DNA of 64,000 nt from Trichosphaerium sp. ATCC 40318 (taxonomy: Eukaryota > Protista > Tubulinea), in contig JALMLS010000075.1 of NCBI GenBank assembly GCA_038496445.1, forward strand, positions 310,001 to 374,000, in the 5' to 3' direction. Below are positions 59,954 to 64,000 of the stretch, piece after piece (position 1 is the first letter of the stretch; every line of letters begins with the position of its first letter). Both the position numbers and the translations under genes were made by a program. The notes below the pieces were generated by a model that worked only from the letters and a program-made list of their open reading frames with translations, was not told the DNA's origin and did no database searches.

Positions 59954-62649
59954 ATGACGGAAGAGAACAAATGCAGTAATTGCGAGAGTCTGGGTAGACC
60001 ATGCACTACTCTACGTCTCAGTTGGTCATTTTGTCCTAAATGTGGTGTAAAATTACAGCAAACGTACAATTTAGCTCCTTTATACGCCGTTAATACGCTT
60101 CCAGCATAGAAGAGGCCGTTCAAAACAATGAACTAGATGAGCCTCCAAAAAGACGTGCACCAATGCCAAACGCAATGTCTGCGCCTGTTATCGAGCCAAC
60201 GAAGAGATTGGAGGCTCGCACAAAACCTCGCACGTTTAACAAATACAAAACAACGCGCAAAACTAACTTTCCTTAGCTCTCATAGCGCAAAAACAAACGT
60301 TTCGGGTAGAGTTACCACAAAGTATAGCGTTATTTTTTGAAAACGCAATGTTCTTACTTCTTATCCAGCATTATCAGAGGGTAGAGTAAAGTCTCCAAAA
60401 CGCGGAAGGCTAGGCAACAAAGTCATAAAATACGTTAATCCAAAAAAATGGCGTGCAAAGGGTATACTATAGCTCTCTTAGCGTATAGCATTGTTAAAAC
60501 CGTTACTGATGCTACTTTAGCGCAACCACAGACGCAGACGATTCCAGCGTCAGATAAGCCCGTGAAAGGGGTTGAACAATCTCCTAGAGCTAAAGTAATA
60601 CTCCGAGAACTACCAATGTACGATTGGAGCTCAACTTCTAAAACTGCTCTTTATATTATTTTGCGAATATACAGACTATGGAAACAACGTAATTTGGCGT
60701 AAAAAGGTGCTTAGAGCATGCACACAAGTCCTCGTATTTACATTATTGGAACTTTTTTAATCGCACCTAAACTCTTCATTAGTCGCACGGAAACTGCTGT
60801 AATACGTACACGTCATCGTTCTTCGTCTGCTAGAGATCATATGCACTCTATAAAGAGGCAGGAGAGCTTTGAGCTACCTCTACAAAAGCTTAGAAGGTAT
60901 TGTTTTTTGACACCTAATTTCTTTATTTTGGAATACTTGTTGATTCGTTATCTAGATCTAACTCTTTCAATGATGGAGCTAAGTTATCAGCACGGTCTAA
61001 TAATGAAGGTCCCCATACGGATAGGTATGTGTTAGCTGGAATATTGTATTTTTTGTACAGCTTGGCAAGTGTTTACAAACAAATCTTTTAGGCCTAGTCC
61101 AGCTTTATCGCGCTTTAAACCAAAGCCTGTTGAATGGCGTATTGAACCACCATCTGGCACTGCACCTTCTCTACCACAAGGACCCATATCCTACCAAGTA
61201 GCTTCACTATTTGAGCAAATGCGTCTAGCTCTTGTAAGTGATATTATAGCTCAAAACCAAACTATGCTAATTTCAACCAAAAATTTGACTGTTTTAGGCG
61301 CATGATGATGATGCAGAAATAGCAAGGATAAAGATACAATTAGAAATAGTTAAAGGAGATATTAGACAGAACGGATTAACTGGATTTGATTCAAAACGTA
61401 CACTTCAAAACACTTCATTGAAATTTCTTCAAAATATGAATTGTCTTCACTTTTATTCGAAGAAAAATATTTAACTAAGTACACCTCATAGAACACGCTA
61501 TAAACAAAAATTATAGAGGTAATATTAATGTATTATCTTCTCTACGTACTGGAGAAGAAGATACAGCAACAGAACAGCCTACAAAAAGTCACACATCACC
61601 TAAAATAGCACATACGTTGCTACAGAATACAATGGTTAATGACTTAAAGTCAAAATCAGATAATGGTACAACAGGCAGCTTGGCCCGTAGTACAGAAATC
61701 AAGAGACCTGATAAAGAGGTTCCTAGTATTAATCCATTATCGAAGAGTGTTGGTGCTAAAAAGCCTTCAATATTACCTCCTAGACCTAGTCTTATGGACT
61801 TGAGAAAACCACCTATTTTATCAGGACCACCAAATAGGCCTGTGCCAAGTGTTGGTCTTCCTAAACCTTTAAAACCACCTCCTAATCCTCCACCTGGTCG
61901 TATGGAGCCTATACTTAAACCTGCAAGAGAAAGACAGAATGCAAAGAGTCAGGCCGTGCTTGCATTGCGTGCTAATGTAGTTGGAAGTTCAATTAAACCA
62001 GAAACGAATTTTAAAGTACGTATAACCCAAAACAAAAAAAAGAGAAAGAAATGAGAATTACTTTGTTAGTTAATGCTTGTTTTTGTTTAGGTGTATCATA
62101 TTCGAGTAAATTTCTGTGATAATTCATGGACTGTATATAGAAATTATGGTCAGTTCTTGTTTCTGCATAATAAGGTACAAAACTGTTCGAATTTAAGTTA
62201 AGTTTTTGAAATACTTTTCAGTTATTTTTCAAAGACTCGCCTGTTGTAGTCTTGAATTAAATCTATATTTTTTAAACATCACAATGGATAACACGCTTAA
62301 TTCAAACAAAAAATCTCTTTGTGTCGCTCAGATATCCCTGTGTTTTCAAAAGAAAGAGTTACTATTAACAAATTTGAAGTGCTTTTATCTCACCTTTGTG
62401 TTATAGTTAAAAGGAGCTAATATACTACCGGATAATGTGAGTCTTCCTCAAAGACGTTCTATACAGAGTAGTAGTCAACTGAGGATTGGAGACACAAAGG
62501 GTTTTGATAAAAAGATGGCAGATTACCTTGACAGCATAGTTGGTATGTCACGTTTTTCTTTCTGTTCTTTTTGCTAATTGTACCAAGTTCAAAAAGGTTT
62601 ATGGGAAGCTATCGAATTGAGAAAATTTCTAAACATGCCTGTACGTTAA
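59954..62649 (+). CDS. Zinc-ribbon N-terminus, Pro-rich middle, C-terminal PX domain
   Basis: CSNC...FCPKCG; PPRP/PKPLKPPP; VYHIRV...WTVYRNYGQFLFLHNK|L...LPQR...YLDSI...LRKFL. Confidence 0.65.
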
Positions 62650-62911
62650 ACCTTGAAAAAGGGCGTTCGTGGGAATAATCATAAGTAACAACAATGAATT
62701 TTAAAATGTACACTAATAATAAAAAATATCAGACCAAGAATAAGGTCATAAATTAACACTTAGCTTGCAAAATGTTACTGACAGAAATAGAAAGAAATAC
62801 TTTTTAGTGATAATGAGAATGTACGATTGAGGAAAAAAAAACAACAAACTTTTAAGAAGATCTCAAAGCCAACAAGAGAGTTCAAATCAAAAAGTTAATT
62901 TTTTGTTGATT

Positions 62912-63931
62912 TCAATACATGCACTCATTCAGATCAGGATCAGAGTCGTAGGCATTGAACCTTCCATAACTCTCGCGCATGTTCAGTTCACATACTCCTT
63001 TTTCGCAAGCTTCACAAAACTCAGACATGTGAGGCTTACTTCCATCATTGAGAGGCTTTACGCCAATCCTGCAAAAGACATTATATTTTTGCTGTTTCTC
63101 GTTTCTGACGCACCTTCTCCGTGAGCTTCGCTTATTTCTCCACATATAGTCAGGATGTACGTATACTTTACAGTCTTTGCAAGCTTGTCTATGTTCCTTT
63201 TTACCTTTGCTTGACATCCACCTTTTCAAGCAACGTGTGCACTTAAAAAAAGAAAAAGATTGTCTCCCTTTGAACTTCTTTCTTTTAACCCATTTTCCTT
63301 TAATGTTTTCGAAAGGAAGAGGAAGAGACTTTCGTTCACGCCGTTCCTTGTCATTTTCATCACTATCATCGCTGCTTGACATGCCTTCGTCATCACTGCC
63401 CGAACTGTTTTCATCGTTAGGCGCACTATAGCGGTAGCGTGAATAATATGAGCTTCTTTCAGGCATTGGCGTTAGCTTGATGTCGCTTCGCAGTGAATCA
63501 ATCCTAGAACTTAAACTTGTTGATGTGCCCGATGTGCAGTCGATAATGGTTCTTCTTGGGTTTTTTGTAGGCAATGGCAACAACACTGTGGTGTCAGGTA
63601 CGTCGTCACCTGTAAGGTCAATGAAATTTCGTCTTTTTGTAGGAATAGTCGGTTCTTGTGTGGTCTTTTCTTCTCTGCTAGGAGGTAAACCCATAAACTC
63701 TCTGGCGTCATCCAACGTCTTAAACTTCTTAAACCTTGCTCCTGCGAATTTATGAACTTGCTTTTGACATTCAGCCCTAAGAAGTAGGTCAGGACAGTCG
63801 TAAAATAATCTCAAAACAAAAACCCTCTAAGAAAAAAGAAGCACGTGCCATGTTCCATAGATACCAGGTTGGAACCCTCTTAATACAGCGTAATATCCAG
63901 TCACTGCACAACCTCTCATTACAATAGGCAT
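62912..63931 (-). CDS. RNase H1 hybrid-binding (caulimovirus viroplasmin-like) domain plus zf-3CxxC domain
   Basis: YYAVLRGFQPGIYGTW|AECQKQVHKFAGARFKKF via GC-AG intron 63777-63848; C-terminal FKCTRCLKRWMS...QACKDC...PHMSEFCEAC. Confidence 0.8.
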
Positions 63932-64000
63932 TTTACTCGATGTACCGCTCTGTACCACGTGGGGAGTACGAATTTTTTGGTGTTTATTGAACACCGGAGG

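Overview
This is AT-rich (~35% GC by eye) eukaryotic nuclear DNA, not prokaryotic. Genes are tightly packed and split by many short introns (mostly 35-120 nt; donors GTACGT/GTAAGT/GTATGT, several GCACGT), so the ORF track shows only fragments and I spliced the gene models by eye. The gene content (LRR plus dual-specificity phosphatase like Dictyostelium MPL, CRT-like transporter, PBC-domain protein) suggests a free-living protist, probably an amoebozoan (inference). Recognisable loci: tRNA-Gly(TCC), RPN5/PSMD12, mitochondrial bL28, an ABCC transporter, an SGNH hydrolase, an HxxxD acyltransferase, a PX-domain protein and a very large PPR-like gene. Two accessory zones (~28.8-37 kb, ~47.2-57.8 kb) hold intron-poor or decayed genes, duplications and a hAT-like MITE. 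Best candidates for undescribed biology: (1) a protein with eight ~65-70 aa W-rich repeats, each cut by introns at the same positions, ending in a RAP/PD-(D/E)xK-like domain and lying head-to-head with the PPR-like gene; (2) two tandem secreted RTX-like beta-roll paralogs with near-identical introns whose differences fall on the same residues of each repeat; (3) an in-frame CRT-like transporter-ABCC fusion; (4) a PBC-domain protein with no homeodomain. Splice sites and domain calls come from motif recognition; no searches were run.
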